Origin: Nitrososphaerota archaeon
Lineage (GTDB): Archaea; Thermoproteota; EX4484-205; JAAOZP01
Assembly (NCBI GenBank): GCA_011605725.1
Contig: JAAOZP010000012.1
Coordinates: forward strand, 96,001-160,000
Reading direction: 5' to 3'
DNA: 64,000 nt
Part shown: positions 18,000 to 28,634 of the stretch, in pieces
Numbering within the stretch: the first letter of the stretch is position 1
How the letters are laid out: every line of letters begins with the position of its first letter
The notes under the pieces: generated by a model
Seen by the model: the letters and a program-made list of their open reading frames with translations, nothing else
Databases searched by the model: none
What the model was told of the DNA's origin: nothing
Position numbers and translations under genes: made by a program

Positions 18000-18548
18000 A
18001 TGGCCAAGTACAGTACGGGTGCGAAATATTTTGCTCAACCAGGCCCAGGAAATACTGGTAAAGTGATTAAGGCGGTTGCGGAAAGAATAGAGAAAGGCGG
18101 TGTTACGCAGGTTGTTGTCGCAAGCACTTCCGGAAGGACGGGAGTCAGGTTTGCCAAGGCTTTAAAGGGTAGAGCACAGGTTGTAGCCGTATCCCATGAG
18201 AAGATGGAGCCTAAGCTGAAGGAGAAGATAATTAGCCTGGGCGGAATAGCTGAGGACGGTACGCACCTGCCGCTCCACGGAAGGGGCATGGATAAGGTTA
18301 GGGATGCCTTCTACACGCTGGGACAAGGATTCAAAGTAGCTTTAGAAGTCGTTCTGATAGCTGCAGATAGGGGGCTTGTTAAACCCTATAGGGACGTCGT
18401 AGGCGTCGGTGGAAGTGGAGAGGGTGCTGACACAGCAGTAGTGGCGAGAGCAACCCCGACGAAGGAGGTTTTCAGCAGCGATAAGTCGAAGAGGCTTGAA
18501 GTAAGGGAAGTAATCTGCATGCCGCTGAAGAAGAAGTGGTGGGACTGA
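18000..18548 (+). CDS. Stand-alone pyruvate-kinase C-terminal alpha/beta domain protein
   Basis: YFAQPGPGNT, VVASTSGRT, GQGFKVALEV, GADTA; ATG 18000 follows a TATA box (about 17971). Confidence 0.85.
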   Translation: MAKYSTGAKYFAQPGPGNTGKVIKAVAERIEKGGVTQVVVASTSGRTGVRFAKALKGRAQVVAVSHEKMEPKLKEKIISLGGIAEDGTHLPLHGRGMDKVRDAFYTLGQGFKVALEVVLIAADRGLVKPYRDVVGVGGSGEGADTAVVARATPTKEVFSSDKSKRLEVREVICMPLKKKWWD

Positions 18549-18684
18549 TCATCCTAGGAGCAGTTTAAACCGAACAGTTAAGCCGGCGTAGACCATTAGA
18601 AAGCTTCTAACAGCGTAAACTTTTAGAAATAATATTCTTGACTAAATCCATATATCCTGTTCATTAGCAGGTTTTTGTTTAGAA

Positions 18685-19359
18685 ATGGTCAGGAGGCTGC
18701 CGGACAGGTTTCTTAAATGGGCTTACTTCGACAGAGTCCGCTTCATCAAATCCATTCTGGACACCGGTAATCCGGATAAAGCGATGCTTCTCATAGAGTC
18801 GACAAGACACAACCCAGCGCTCTGCACAGCCCGGATTAAGAGCTCTGGGATAGAGTTGAACGCTAAGATAGTTGGCGCCGGCTTCGTGCCTAAGCAAAGC
18901 TTTCTTGAAGACGCAGTTAGAGAACTGAGGTCACATGTGGAGGCAGGCAGCTCAATGACGAGGGAGGACTATGCTGAAAAAGGACTGCAAATTCTGCTTA
19001 GACACGTGTACTTCGAAAGCGAGGATGAGGCGAATCGTAGAGTCGACTTTACGAAAATAGCAACCCTAGAAATAGGTGCAGGAATAGCGGGATCCTCCAG
19101 ACACACATGGGAGAACGTTCAGAGTTACAGGCGAGCAGTCATGCTTTACTACATGCCTCCCAACACCAGCTTCGAGGTCAGGGGCATGCTCGACGTATTG
19201 ACCGAGGGAAACTATTTTGAATTCGTCAATTTAGCCCATGATGCATTCCATTACACACCCGTTGAGAAGAGGGTCTTCAAACCATGCTATATTTTGAATG
19301 TTGAAGAGGTTTATGATAACAGTGCTACGCAGGAGGGTTTTGGCCGTCTGCTTGAATAA
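18685..19359 (+). CDS. Putative pyridoxamine-5'-phosphate-oxidase-like FMN-binding protein
   Basis: HNPALCT, NAKIVGAG, HTWEN, PP..SFEVRG, EEVYDNS pattern. Confidence 0.55.
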   Translation: MVRRLPDRFLKWAYFDRVRFIKSILDTGNPDKAMLLIESTRHNPALCTARIKSSGIELNAKIVGAGFVPKQSFLEDAVRELRSHVEAGSSMTREDYAEKGLQILLRHVYFESEDEANRRVDFTKIATLEIGAGIAGSSRHTWENVQSYRRAVMLYYMPPNTSFEVRGMLDVLTEGNYFEFVNLAHDAFHYTPVEKRVFKPCYILNVEEVYDNSATQEGFGRLLE

Positions 19360-19474
19360 TTGTGAGCACGATGAAAGACTCCTGACGTTCTCATAATGGT
19401 TCATTAAGCCTATTCCCAATACCCTTTCTCCGCCAGCGCGCGATACATGTAAGCCGATTAAACGCATTAAGAGT

Positions 19475-20794
19475 CTATAGAAACATCTTGGCTTCAGAGT
19501 TCACTTTCCGCCAATAGAGTTCAAACAATAAGCCTGAAGGCTTAGGCTTCACTTCATTGATGAAGCCTTTTTCAAGCTCTAATGATTTTGCAAAGGCTTC
19601 CTCAGTAAGTCTCTTCAATTCCTCGACGGATGCTTCCCCTTCTAGAAATCTAGACCTTAATTCCTCGGCCTTCGAATGGAGATAAGCCTCTAAAGACTCT
19701 ACTTGGCTACGTATCTTTAAGAAGTATTCTTTAAAGGAGCCCAGCATCCTCCTGCTCAACCTTTCATGAATCCACCAGACCGAGTCGGAATCGTAAAGCC
19801 TGTCTGGGACAAGTTTTAAATCCGGTAGACCAGCCTCCATGAAAACCGGCTTGTAGACGCTTATACACGGCGTCGAGGTAGCTGTAAACCAGTGTATCTG
19901 CACCTTTTCAAAAAGCTGCCCCACGTAGGAGGCTGCAGTCTGGGAAGGTCTTGTAAGCACTCCGGCATGCATACAGACATCTCTCATAGATCCTTTAGCT
20001 GGGGTAAAGTTCTCTCCTAGCCTGTGGCTTCTCATAATGTTCTTGACGATATGCACATCGATCTCACCTGTTTTCTGCTCCAGAAGGCCCTGGGTATAGG
20101 CTTGTCTCTCCCTACCTCTTGCAAAATGCGTGTAAAACTTGTCTGAATAGCAGTTCGAAAAGTCGAAGTCCCTATCATCCTTACACCACCCTTTTTCAAC
20201 AGCATGTTCAACAACGTTTTTCGAGGCTAAGTCCCATTTGTTTTTAATAGTTAAAGCGTTGGAAATACTTCTCACATTCTTCACTTTCTCAGCAACCCAG
20301 TATTTCCCAGCGGTCTCTAAAACCCACGCCTCGTTAGGGTCGGAGATTATGAACGAATTATGGTAATACGTCTTGCTTTTAAACCCGCAGTTACCACCCT
20401 GCCCAAATTCCTCCAAATATCTAACTATGAAAAGCAGGGCCTCATAGGAGTCCCTACATCTCTCCAAGGCTAGCCTCAGCAAATCCATTCCAGTGAGACC
20501 CTTCTCCAGCTTCTTTTCCCTTGTGAATACAGCTTCGTTTCCTATAGCCAAGCCGAATTCGTTAACACCCATTTCAGCACCCCACATCCAAACCGGCCTT
20601 GAAACAATTATGGCATTCGTCCTCTTTACTTGCGGAACCTTTACATACGTGCAGTTTACAAATTCTTCGTCGTGCTCCATCCTAGGATAAAACTCTAAAG
20701 CCTGAGGCTCGTTAGGCTCCCTGTCACTATTCTTAGCGAAAATCGTAACCCTCTCTTTAGTTGAATTCTTAAGCGCTACTAGAGTGTCGCACAT
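19475..20794 (-). CDS. C69-family dipeptidase (secernin-like Ntn hydrolase)
   Basis: N-terminal MCDT nucleophile, AKNSDREPNE, WGAEMGVNE, GMDLLRLALER. Confidence 0.92.
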   Translation of the reverse strand: MCDTLVALKNSTKERVTIFAKNSDREPNEPQALEFYPRMEHDEEFVNCTYVKVPQVKRTNAIIVSRPVWMWGAEMGVNEFGLAIGNEAVFTREKKLEKGLTGMDLLRLALERCRDSYEALLFIVRYLEEFGQGGNCGFKSKTYYHNSFIISDPNEAWVLETAGKYWVAEKVKNVRSISNALTIKNKWDLASKNVVEHAVEKGWCKDDRDFDFSNCYSDKFYTHFARGRERQAYTQGLLEQKTGEIDVHIVKNIMRSHRLGENFTPAKGSMRDVCMHAGVLTRPSQTAASYVGQLFEKVQIHWFTATSTPCISVYKPVFMEAGLPDLKLVPDRLYDSDSVWWIHERLSRRMLGSFKEYFLKIRSQVESLEAYLHSKAEELRSRFLEGEASVEELKRLTEEAFAKSLELEKGFINEVKPKPSGLLFELYWRKVNSEAKMFL

Positions 20795-20883
20795 GCCTTA
20801 GTAGAGTCATTTAAAGAAAATAAACCTTTATGCTGGTTCAAGTGGAAACGTTTTAAAAATTTTAAAGAGAGTTATTAACACTA

Positions 20884-21882
20884 TCAGCGAGTTATTGAAG
20901 CCCCTAGAATTTTCGGGCATAACGGATCCGGATTGCTGAATGTTCCGTAAAGCCTGTATGATCTAGCGTAACATCCCCCTCTACAAGTCTCTCTCAGAGA
21001 ACAATCTGGGCAAGGGTTATTCTCGACGATTTTCCTAAGGATTCTGCTTGAACGCAGCTCCCGCCATGCTTCTGAAAGACTCTTACTCCTAACGCTTGAG
21101 ACAACAATGTCAAGAGTATCGCAGAGAAGAACCTCCCCTCCTGGACCTATATCCATGTTTTTCTCAATCCTGCACGAGTCCCATGAAACATAGTGGGATC
21201 TCACTATGAGGCTGGCGAACGGCATACACCACAGTATGATGTTGAAACCAAGCCTATCCGCAGCCTCATCAGCCAAGCGTAGAGCTTTAACGCAAGAGTA
21301 GGCGTCAGCATTCCAATCCTTGTCCGCCGCCCTTCCGAAAGGCATTACGGGAAGCAGTACTGCAGAGGAGGCTCCAAGTTTCTCCGCCAGTTGCACAAAC
21401 CCTCCGGCTTCACTGGCATTCAGGCGGGAAATCGAAAAGATAGGTGTGAAACTAACCCCCTCCTCCTTGAGAACCCTTATGTTCCGCATCAAAACATCCC
21501 ACGTTCCTGGGCCGCGCACAGCCTCATGCGTATTCTTAACTGCGCCGTCAATGCTTGTGAAAACGCGGATACCCTGCGAACCTAGCCTCCTTGCCTTCTC
21601 CCGGCTTATTGCGGAAAGATTTGTGAAAAGAGAAACGTTTACACCTTCTTCCGCGGCCGCAAGTATTTCGAAAATACCCTCCCTTAAAAGAGGCTCGCCA
21701 CCCGTTAAATGAAGGTTTTTAACACCCATTTCACAAGCCTCCTCAACCAGTTTTAAAACCCGGTTCTTGCTTAGTTCACCACTCCAAGAGCGGGAGGAAA
21801 CATAGCAATGTTCGCATCTAAAGTTGCACCTTGCCGTAAGCAGCCATGTCACGTAATCTGGGGGGCTTGGAATCGGACTCAT
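20884..21882 (-). CDS. Radical SAM/SPASM domain protein
   Basis: CNFRCEHC, TGGEPLL, C-terminal CPDC...CRGGC...DPLC. Confidence 0.92.
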   Translation of the reverse strand: MSPIPSPPDYVTWLLTARCNFRCEHCYVSSRSWSGELSKNRVLKLVEEACEMGVKNLHLTGGEPLLREGIFEILAAAEEGVNVSLFTNLSAISREKARRLGSQGIRVFTSIDGAVKNTHEAVRGPGTWDVLMRNIRVLKEEGVSFTPIFSISRLNASEAGGFVQLAEKLGASSAVLLPVMPFGRAADKDWNADAYSCVKALRLADEAADRLGFNIILWCMPFASLIVRSHYVSWDSCRIEKNMDIGPGGEVLLCDTLDIVVSSVRSKSLSEAWRELRSSRILRKIVENNPCPDCSLRETCRGGCYARSYRLYGTFSNPDPLCPKILGASITR

Positions 21883-22224
21883 GATCCCACCTGAGAATTA
21901 TTGAAAGATTACTCGGATTGTTTGGAAACGGGTTATTAATACGTTTTTGTGAAAAGAATCCCACTTAATTCATATGGGAAGACTATGGGAATAACCTTAT
22001 TAAGACACCCGTAGATCATCTAAGTTTAATAAGCTTAACGTCGAAAAAGCAGCGCTGTAAAATCCCAGCCTCCAGCCCATAGCAGATGCGTACGCTCCTC
22101 TTCCGCAATGATCCATGCTCAAGTTTAATACATTTCTTGACGTGATGAAGCCTCAGGTTAATGAACCGGGTTGTGGCTTACGCGGAGTTTAAAACTTATA
22201 TTGCTACAGAGTCTTCCGCCTTCC

Positions 22225-23049
22225 ATGAACCTGGCTGAAGCCATAAGCCTCATCCTTGTCGCATTCGCATCTACAACGCTGCTTTCAGCCGTCGGGTTGG
22301 CGGGTGGCGTGGTAATAGTTCCAACATTGGTTCTGCTTTTCGGTCTGGAATCAAGGTATGCTTCAGGCACAGGTATTTTCGCAATAATCTTCGGAATATT
22401 TTCAGCAGCATTCACGTATTTCAGGCAGAGAAGAGTCGATGTTAAGCTGGCTCTGCTCTTCGACACGCTGGATGTGGTTGGGGTTGTGGCCGGAGCATAC
22501 TTAGTCGTTGTTCTACCATCCCTGGTCACAGCCCTACTCATGGGGTTTTTCCTACTGACTTCAGCATGGAGGCTCTGGGCGGGCAGTGTTAATCAACCTA
22601 GAAAAGTCGAGAAGAAAAGCCGGAGACCATGCATTAAGCGGCGTCTCACAGATAGGGATGGAAACATTTATGAGTATGAGCTTGGCGTACCTGAGCTCGT
22701 CCTATCCCAGCTTGCAAGCGTTTTAAGCGGCATTGCAACAGGTCTGTTTGGAATAGGAGGGGGAGCAGTAGATACTACCGTGATGATGCTGATCGGAGTA
22801 CCGCCTCACATCGCCGTTGCCACAGCAGTCTTCGGAATGACAGTAACTAAGATTGCTGGAGTAATCTCGCATCTTGCATTAGGAAACGTTTTAATAGAAT
22901 ACGGTGTCCCCCTAGCAATTGGGACAACGGTAGGAGGATTACTCGGCCCAAGGATTTCCAAGAGGCTGAGGCCCTTAGCGTTGAGAAGGGTTCTAAGCAT
23001 ACTTATTCTGATCATTGGTCTCAGGATGGTCGCGTTATGGTTTGAATGA
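22225..23049 (+). CDS. TauE/SafE (sulfite exporter) family membrane protein
   Basis: GLAGGVVIVP and GLFGIGGG repeat halves; ATG 22225 follows a TATA box. Confidence 0.88.
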   Translation: MNLAEAISLILVAFASTTLLSAVGLAGGVVIVPTLVLLFGLESRYASGTGIFAIIFGIFSAAFTYFRQRRVDVKLALLFDTLDVVGVVAGAYLVVVLPSLVTALLMGFFLLTSAWRLWAGSVNQPRKVEKKSRRPCIKRRLTDRDGNIYEYELGVPELVLSQLASVLSGIATGLFGIGGGAVDTTVMMLIGVPPHIAVATAVFGMTVTKIAGVISHLALGNVLIEYGVPLAIGTTVGGLLGPRISKRLRPLALRRVLSILILIIGLRMVALWFE

Positions 23050-23075
23050 GTCGAAAACTAGCGCTAACAATTGTT

Positions 23076-24140
23076 TTAAGCATCGCATTCACCATAATAA
23101 TTCATGAGGCTTTCGAAAGCCGTGCAAACCGCGTCTATGTTTTCAAGCGGAACATCTGCATGAATCTCTGAATACATCATTAATCCTCCTTTCTCAGAAC
23201 CGAGCTTGACAACAGCCTCATGAATGTGGCTCCTGATTTCCTCAGGATTGCCGAAGGGGACAAGGAGTTGACGGTCTATATCCAGGTCGATGCAAACCCT
23301 CCCCTTGATCTCCTCTCTAATATTGTCTAGCCCGTTAACCCGGTCCTGAATATTTAAGACTGAAACACCCGCTTCCATAAGGGCATCAGCCACCTCCATT
23401 ATGTGGCCGTCAGTATGCAGGTAAACCCTTATCCCTGAATCCCTGACTCTCCCGAATATTTTCCTGTATGAAGGATAGATAAACCTTCTGAACGTCTTAG
23501 GGCTTATTGGCATCCTGTCTTGAAGACCAAGATCGTCCCCGAAGGAAACCATGTCAACCCTGAGCCTGATGAATCTTTCAACAAGAGCAAGATTATACTC
23601 GGTCAACATCTCTATTAGTTTTTCAAGCTGACTAGTGTTTCTCACGAAGTCCATCATCAGGTTTTCAAATCCTCTCAGATAATAGAGCCTTTGGAAGAAG
23701 AAGCCGTGAGGCATACTTCCGACAATAACATCATCCATTTTCCTAGCATTTTCTATTCTCTCCTCAATCGCATCCCACGGGTCTAACCCACCACCCTCCT
23801 GAACAATGCCTTTCTCCGGATCGGGTAGACTATAGTGCGCAAAGTCAGACCAATCCTTCAAAGGGTGCTTCACAACCTGACCCTGCAACCCGCTTATGTT
23901 AAACCTCCATAAGCATCCGAAGTCATCCAAAACCTCTCTACCCTTCAACCTGCTTCCGAAGTTGTTAAAGTCGACACTTCCCTTCTTGAACGTTGGGAAA
24001 AGCCTAGGATGCCTAGCGAGCAGGTCCTCAAGCTTATCCCTATACTTGCTCCAAGTCGTTGGGAAAATTCCCACTCTACAAGGGATCCACCCGCAACCAT
24101 TCATGTCTATGACTCTAAGCTTTTTCACTCTGATGCTCAA
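23076..24140 (-). CDS. Uroporphyrinogen decarboxylase/MtaA-CmuA family protein
   Basis: D.FGC.W, LRGFENLMMD, GDDLG.Q, LHTDG, VPLENI. Confidence 0.88.
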   Translation of the reverse strand: MSIRVKKLRVIDMNGCGWIPCRVGIFPTTWSKYRDKLEDLLARHPRLFPTFKKGSVDFNNFGSRLKGREVLDDFGCLWRFNISGLQGQVVKHPLKDWSDFAHYSLPDPEKGIVQEGGGLDPWDAIEERIENARKMDDVIVGSMPHGFFFQRLYYLRGFENLMMDFVRNTSQLEKLIEMLTEYNLALVERFIRLRVDMVSFGDDLGLQDRMPISPKTFRRFIYPSYRKIFGRVRDSGIRVYLHTDGHIMEVADALMEAGVSVLNIQDRVNGLDNIREEIKGRVCIDLDIDRQLLVPFGNPEEIRSHIHEAVVKLGSEKGGLMMYSEIHADVPLENIDAVCTAFESLMNYYGECDA

Positions 24141-24249
24141 ATCGAAGGGTATGCTTCCCCCGCTAAGCTTTAAACATTTCTCGTTTAAAGCTGGAGCCTA
24201 AATCATAAGATTTAAAAGATTTAAGTATTATTGAGGAAAGCGAGGGAAA

Positions 24250-25359
24250 GTGTCAAGGAACCCGAATATAGGTAGACTGCTTAAAGTCCTTCTGAGAGAG
24301 GGAGAGCCGGATAGAGTACCTTTCTACGAGCATTTCGTCGATAACGAGGTTATTGAAGCCTTGACAGGTAAGCCTGTATCTAAGGCTTTAGCTGAAGAAG
24401 GCTTGAGCTCAGAGAAATACCTTAACACCTTGATTGAGTTCTATTCTAGGCTCGGGTACGACTATGTTCCGATGGAGGTTTCTCCTAAACTCCCCAGGAC
24501 TAATGTTCTTCAGACGAACGATGTCGCTTATCTTTCCCGTGGGAAAAGAACCTGGCAGGATGAGAACAAGGGGACGATTGAAACAATTGAGGATTTTGAA
24601 AAATACCCCTGGCCCAGTCCAGATGAAGCACTGGATTTTTCAGTGTTTGAAAGACTGAGGAGAAAACTGCCTGAAGGCATGGGGGTTGTTGGGGGAGTCG
24701 CCGGAGGATTCTTCGAGCATGTGAGCTGGCTGATGGGCATTGGAAAACTCTGCAGGGCCGTGTACTTGGACAAGAGGCTTGTTGAAAAAATGTTCAGCAA
24801 AATCGCCATGCTAATAATTTCCCTAGACGAGAGGATAGTTAAGGAAGGGTATGTTGATGCCTTGAGGATGGGTGACGACTTAGGGTATAAGACGGGCACG
24901 TTTCTGCCGCCCAGAATCCTACGGGAATACGTTTTCCCAAACTACAGGAGGCTCGCCGACTTGGCGCATTCGAAAGGACTTCCATTTATAATTCATTCCT
25001 GCGGAAACCTGTATACTCCTGACGAAACAGGGAGAACAGTGATGGATGATCTTGTGAACAGTGTTAGGATAGATGCTAAACATTCTTTTGAAGACAATAT
25101 AATGCCAGTATACGAGGTTAAGGAGAAGTATGGGAATAAGGTAGCGGTGCTGGGCGGTGTAGACATGAATAAGCTTGTTCAACTTCCTGAGAAAAGCCTG
25201 AGGGAGTACGTCAGGCTAATAATTAAGAAGTGCGCACCAGGAGGCGCATATGCTTTAGGCTCTGGAAACACGATAGCCAACTATGTGCCCTTAGAAAACT
25301 ATCTCGCGATGCTCGACGAAGGTTTTAGAAGCGGAGTATATCCGATAAGGATTAGTTGA
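24250..25359 (+). CDS. Uroporphyrinogen decarboxylase/MtaA-CmuA family protein
   Basis: EPDRVP, GDDLG, IHSCGN, LGGVD, GSGN, VPLENY. Confidence 0.9.
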   Translation: MSRNPNIGRLLKVLLREGEPDRVPFYEHFVDNEVIEALTGKPVSKALAEEGLSSEKYLNTLIEFYSRLGYDYVPMEVSPKLPRTNVLQTNDVAYLSRGKRTWQDENKGTIETIEDFEKYPWPSPDEALDFSVFERLRRKLPEGMGVVGGVAGGFFEHVSWLMGIGKLCRAVYLDKRLVEKMFSKIAMLIISLDERIVKEGYVDALRMGDDLGYKTGTFLPPRILREYVFPNYRRLADLAHSKGLPFIIHSCGNLYTPDETGRTVMDDLVNSVRIDAKHSFEDNIMPVYEVKEKYGNKVAVLGGVDMNKLVQLPEKSLREYVRLIIKKCAPGGAYALGSGNTIANYVPLENYLAMLDEGFRSGVYPIRIS

Positions 25360-25370
25360 GAAACAGGTTT

Positions 25371-26537
25371 TCAACACGCGTCAGGCTTAATCCTGTCTAA
25401 ATGTTTGAAGCGCTCTCTCCTTATCGGATACCTTCCAACCTTTTTAGCGTATTCAACCTCATACTTCAAGCGTTCAGGAGGCACTTTGGCATATGTCTCA
25501 CCGCCATTGTCGAAAACATAGCCGCCGCCGGGTGCAGCATGAAAAATGCATTTCTCAACCTCAAGCTCAATGCTTTCAAAAGATCCGTCTACTAGAACCC
25601 TCCAGTCAGCGTTGCCGTTGAAGAACACTTTCCCCTTAAACGCTTCACTAATTGTTTTAATATTGTTCTCAACACCTACATCAGCCTCCTTTATCCTGTA
25701 AACGTTTACAAGTATGTCTGTTATGTGATCCATGTGTGAATCCATGTGTAAATACCGGTGGTTGGCGCCGTGCCGCTCGTAAAGCCGAAGGTTATAAGGC
25801 ATCGCGAACTCCTCGTACATCCTCCTATTCAAGTAGCCTGAATGATCGTCAGCCAAGCCTAGGCTTCCTGGCCCCGACCCGGAAAGCTCATAATAGTATT
25901 CTTGGAGAACGTTGAAAGCCTCCTCCAGTTTTCGGAAAAGCCTATGCATTTCACTAGGATTCTCATAGAGCCACCGATATAGTTTTCCCGGGCCCAGTAG
26001 AGAGCCGGCTGCTGAAACCGGCGGATGTATCTGGAGCCGGCCTTCGACAGGAAGACCATCATAGTTTTTACGAACAAGCTCCCTGAACTTTTCAAGCTTC
26101 TCATAGTAGGCTTGAACCCCTTTGTGGCGATGCGGGTCCGGAACCTCCAGCTTATCAATATCCTCAAGAGTCTTAATGCGGGGAATTATCCATGGGCTGA
26201 GCCAAGGGTTTCTCTCATCAGGCATTTCAATCTTGCAGTCGAAAACAATGCCTTCAGATACGGCTCCAAGGTCTAGATGCACCCCTATACTTGTTAAATC
26301 ATCTTCAAGCCATTTCAGCCTCCATTTCAATCCTTTCACTTGAGCATCCAGCATTATACTCGTATCGTTATAGTATTCGGCGAAAGTATAGCCAAAAAGC
26401 ATCGCGTAATATGGTCCTCCCAGCCCTATGATAACCGGAACCCTATCAGGCTCCTTAAACTGAGCAGCTTTCTCAACGCGCTTCCTATTCTCCTCCAGGA
26501 GACTCGAATACTTGGCTTTGTTGAAAGGCTCCATCAA
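25371..26537 (-). CDS. Uroporphyrinogen decarboxylase/MtaA-CmuA family protein
   Basis: EPDRVPV, ADD, LHMDS, GN, APGGGYVF. Confidence 0.85.
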   Translation of the reverse strand: MMEPFNKAKYSSLLEENRKRVEKAAQFKEPDRVPVIIGLGGPYYAMLFGYTFAEYYNDTSIMLDAQVKGLKWRLKWLEDDLTSIGVHLDLGAVSEGIVFDCKIEMPDERNPWLSPWIIPRIKTLEDIDKLEVPDPHRHKGVQAYYEKLEKFRELVRKNYDGLPVEGRLQIHPPVSAAGSLLGPGKLYRWLYENPSEMHRLFRKLEEAFNVLQEYYYELSGSGPGSLGLADDHSGYLNRRMYEEFAMPYNLRLYERHGANHRYLHMDSHMDHITDILVNVYRIKEADVGVENNIKTISEAFKGKVFFNGNADWRVLVDGSFESIELEVEKCIFHAAPGGGYVFDNGGETYAKVPPERLKYEVEYAKKVGRYPIRRERFKHLDRIKPDAC

Positions 26538-26670
26538 TGATGTTGAATAAAGCGTCTTTTTAAAATTTAGCTGTTGAAGGAAAACATACTGGGAATGCGG
26601 TAGGCTTGTTTCTCAGTCGCGGCGATGCTCTTAAATACGTCTGGAGGCGAGTGGGAACCGTGACAGGCTG

Positions 26671-28629
26671 ATGAAGGATAGGGTCTTCCCAGTTTTCAAG
26701 AAACCCGGGAAGCTCAGGGTACTTGACGTCCGGCCGTATTCTTGGCATGAACAGATGACAATAACCTGCGCGCAAGGATTGATAAACCGTGTGAAGCCAA
26801 GGGTTTACCTAGTGTTCGACGATTATGTTGACAGACTATGGCTGTCAATCTACGGGAAAAGATACGGAGTGAAGCATGAGGAGGTTAACAATATTTACGA
26901 GCTACTGTCATCCTTTAGAAGGGAAATAGCAGGGTTCGTGGTTTACGATGAGAACATGCTGCATTCTGCAAACGTAGCAATGACGTATGGAAGCATCCAT
27001 AATGCGGTTCCAGCGTCCCCAGGGGTTGCGGAAAAGCTTTCGGAAGCAGGCTTCAGGAAGATAGCTGATTTCAGAGGCAAATGGGGAAATAGGATTGAAG
27101 CCTACGAATGGGCTTTTCAAAACCTGATGCAGCAGTGCAATAAAAGGATTGTTGGAAGCATGTGTGTAGACCCTCCTTTAACATCATTCACGAATAAGCA
27201 TCATGTTAGAGACTATCTCGTTGCAGTGAAAGCATTCTCCTTCGACCTCTCCACTAAGATTAGGGACCGCCGTGAAGTAGAATTGTTCGACAGGATACTT
27301 AGCTCTTTCGACTCGCTAGGAGTGGTTTTAGGATGGCACTGCATCAGGGACCTTGAGTCGGAGGCTGTTGCAAGAGCATCTGCAAACGGCTTCTTCGTGC
27401 TTTGCAACCTGCATTCTCCAAACCTGACTGTCCACTCAGGCGTGAAGACCAGTTTCAAGTTTAAACAGAGGCATGTTAAGAAAGTAATGCTGGAGGAAAA
27501 GGTTTACGTGGCCTTCATACAGTCTGATGGAGACGCTGTTTGGGCAATGAACAATTTTCAAAACCTTAACTGGCTTGACAGCCAGAGGGGAAGATTCCCC
27601 TACACATGGGAGATTCAACCCTTGCTGCTGGACCTAGCACCCGGGATTCTGGAACACTATTACAGGACTGCGACTTTAAACGATTATTTTATAGCTGGAC
27701 CTTCGGGAGCAGGCTATACTGCACCCAGTGTTAACAAGCGTCTTGACGAGTTCCTTGAGCACACTAAGAGGTATATGGAGGCATGTGATTTAAGGTCAAT
27801 ATTAATCATGAACCGTAACCCCCGGGTGGCCTACCAGGAGCTTGAAGACCCTAAGGTTTCTGAGGCTTTTGCTAAAAAGCTTGAAAACTGTTACGGGTTT
27901 CTGCATGGCTACTCAGGATCGGCTTTCGAGCCAGCGTTCTTCTTTAACAGTAAGCCGTATTTTCACACAACGCTCTACGCCTCCGCTTCAACAGATATTT
28001 TGAAAGAGCTGAAGCGGCTTGTGGAAGACTGCGAAACACGACCATTATTCGTCTCAATCCACGTTAGAGAAGAGGTTAAAATGCCAGTCTTACGCAGCGT
28101 GATAGAGAAGCTTGACAGTGAAACATATAGGGTTGTGAAAATGGATGAGTTCATGCTTACCTTGAAAAAGGCTTATGAAAAAGGCCTGTTTAAACAGGGC
28201 TTTTCAGAATCAGCCAGGGAATCTCTTAGGGAAAACGGTAAAACAATTTGGGAAACATACCACCGAAGAGTTGAACGCTTGGAGAGGCTTGTCGAAATGG
28301 ATGAGCAAAGAATGCTGGCGGAGTACAACTCGGACGGATACGGTTTCACCGTAGAGGAGTTGCCGGATCTTCTGGCTTACGATGCGGTTGAGATAGCACT
28401 ACGGCTTGTTCAGGCAGCGTTAAACATGAAGGGTGTTTACGTGAATAATGTTGAGAAGAGCGTTAAGGACTTTCTGAAGGAGTATAGCGAGCTTCCAGGC
28501 GCCCAGATTGTTGAAACAGTTTTCGAAACCTGGAGGAACTGGGAGAGAACCAGGAGTAGCATGGAGGAAGCAAGGACACTGGCGAGAAGAGTAGTTGGGT
28601 TTGCGAAGGCTCTTGAGGAGAAAATTTAG
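26671..28629 (+). CDS. GxGYxYP-family putative glycoside hydrolase
   Basis: QGLINR..PRVY, NLTVHSG, SDGD, RGRFP..W, GPSGAGYTAP. Confidence 0.8.
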   Translation: MKDRVFPVFKKPGKLRVLDVRPYSWHEQMTITCAQGLINRVKPRVYLVFDDYVDRLWLSIYGKRYGVKHEEVNNIYELLSSFRREIAGFVVYDENMLHSANVAMTYGSIHNAVPASPGVAEKLSEAGFRKIADFRGKWGNRIEAYEWAFQNLMQQCNKRIVGSMCVDPPLTSFTNKHHVRDYLVAVKAFSFDLSTKIRDRREVELFDRILSSFDSLGVVLGWHCIRDLESEAVARASANGFFVLCNLHSPNLTVHSGVKTSFKFKQRHVKKVMLEEKVYVAFIQSDGDAVWAMNNFQNLNWLDSQRGRFPYTWEIQPLLLDLAPGILEHYYRTATLNDYFIAGPSGAGYTAPSVNKRLDEFLEHTKRYMEACDLRSILIMNRNPRVAYQELEDPKVSEAFAKKLENCYGFLHGYSGSAFEPAFFFNSKPYFHTTLYASASTDILKELKRLVEDCETRPLFVSIHVREEVKMPVLRSVIEKLDSETYRVVKMDEFMLTLKKAYEKGLFKQGFSESARESLRENGKTIWETYHRRVERLERLVEMDEQRMLAEYNSDGYGFTVEELPDLLAYDAVEIALRLVQAALNMKGVYVNNVEKSVKDFLKEYSELPGAQIVETVFETWRNWERTRSSMEEARTLARRVVGFAKALEEKI

Positions 28630-28634
28630 AAGCT

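Noticed and set aside
22142-22190. GTGATGA box-C-like motif, possible C/D sRNA (also CGATGA...CTGA near 19369-19385)
   Set aside because: No correctly spaced D'/C'/D boxes with 10-12 nt guides.
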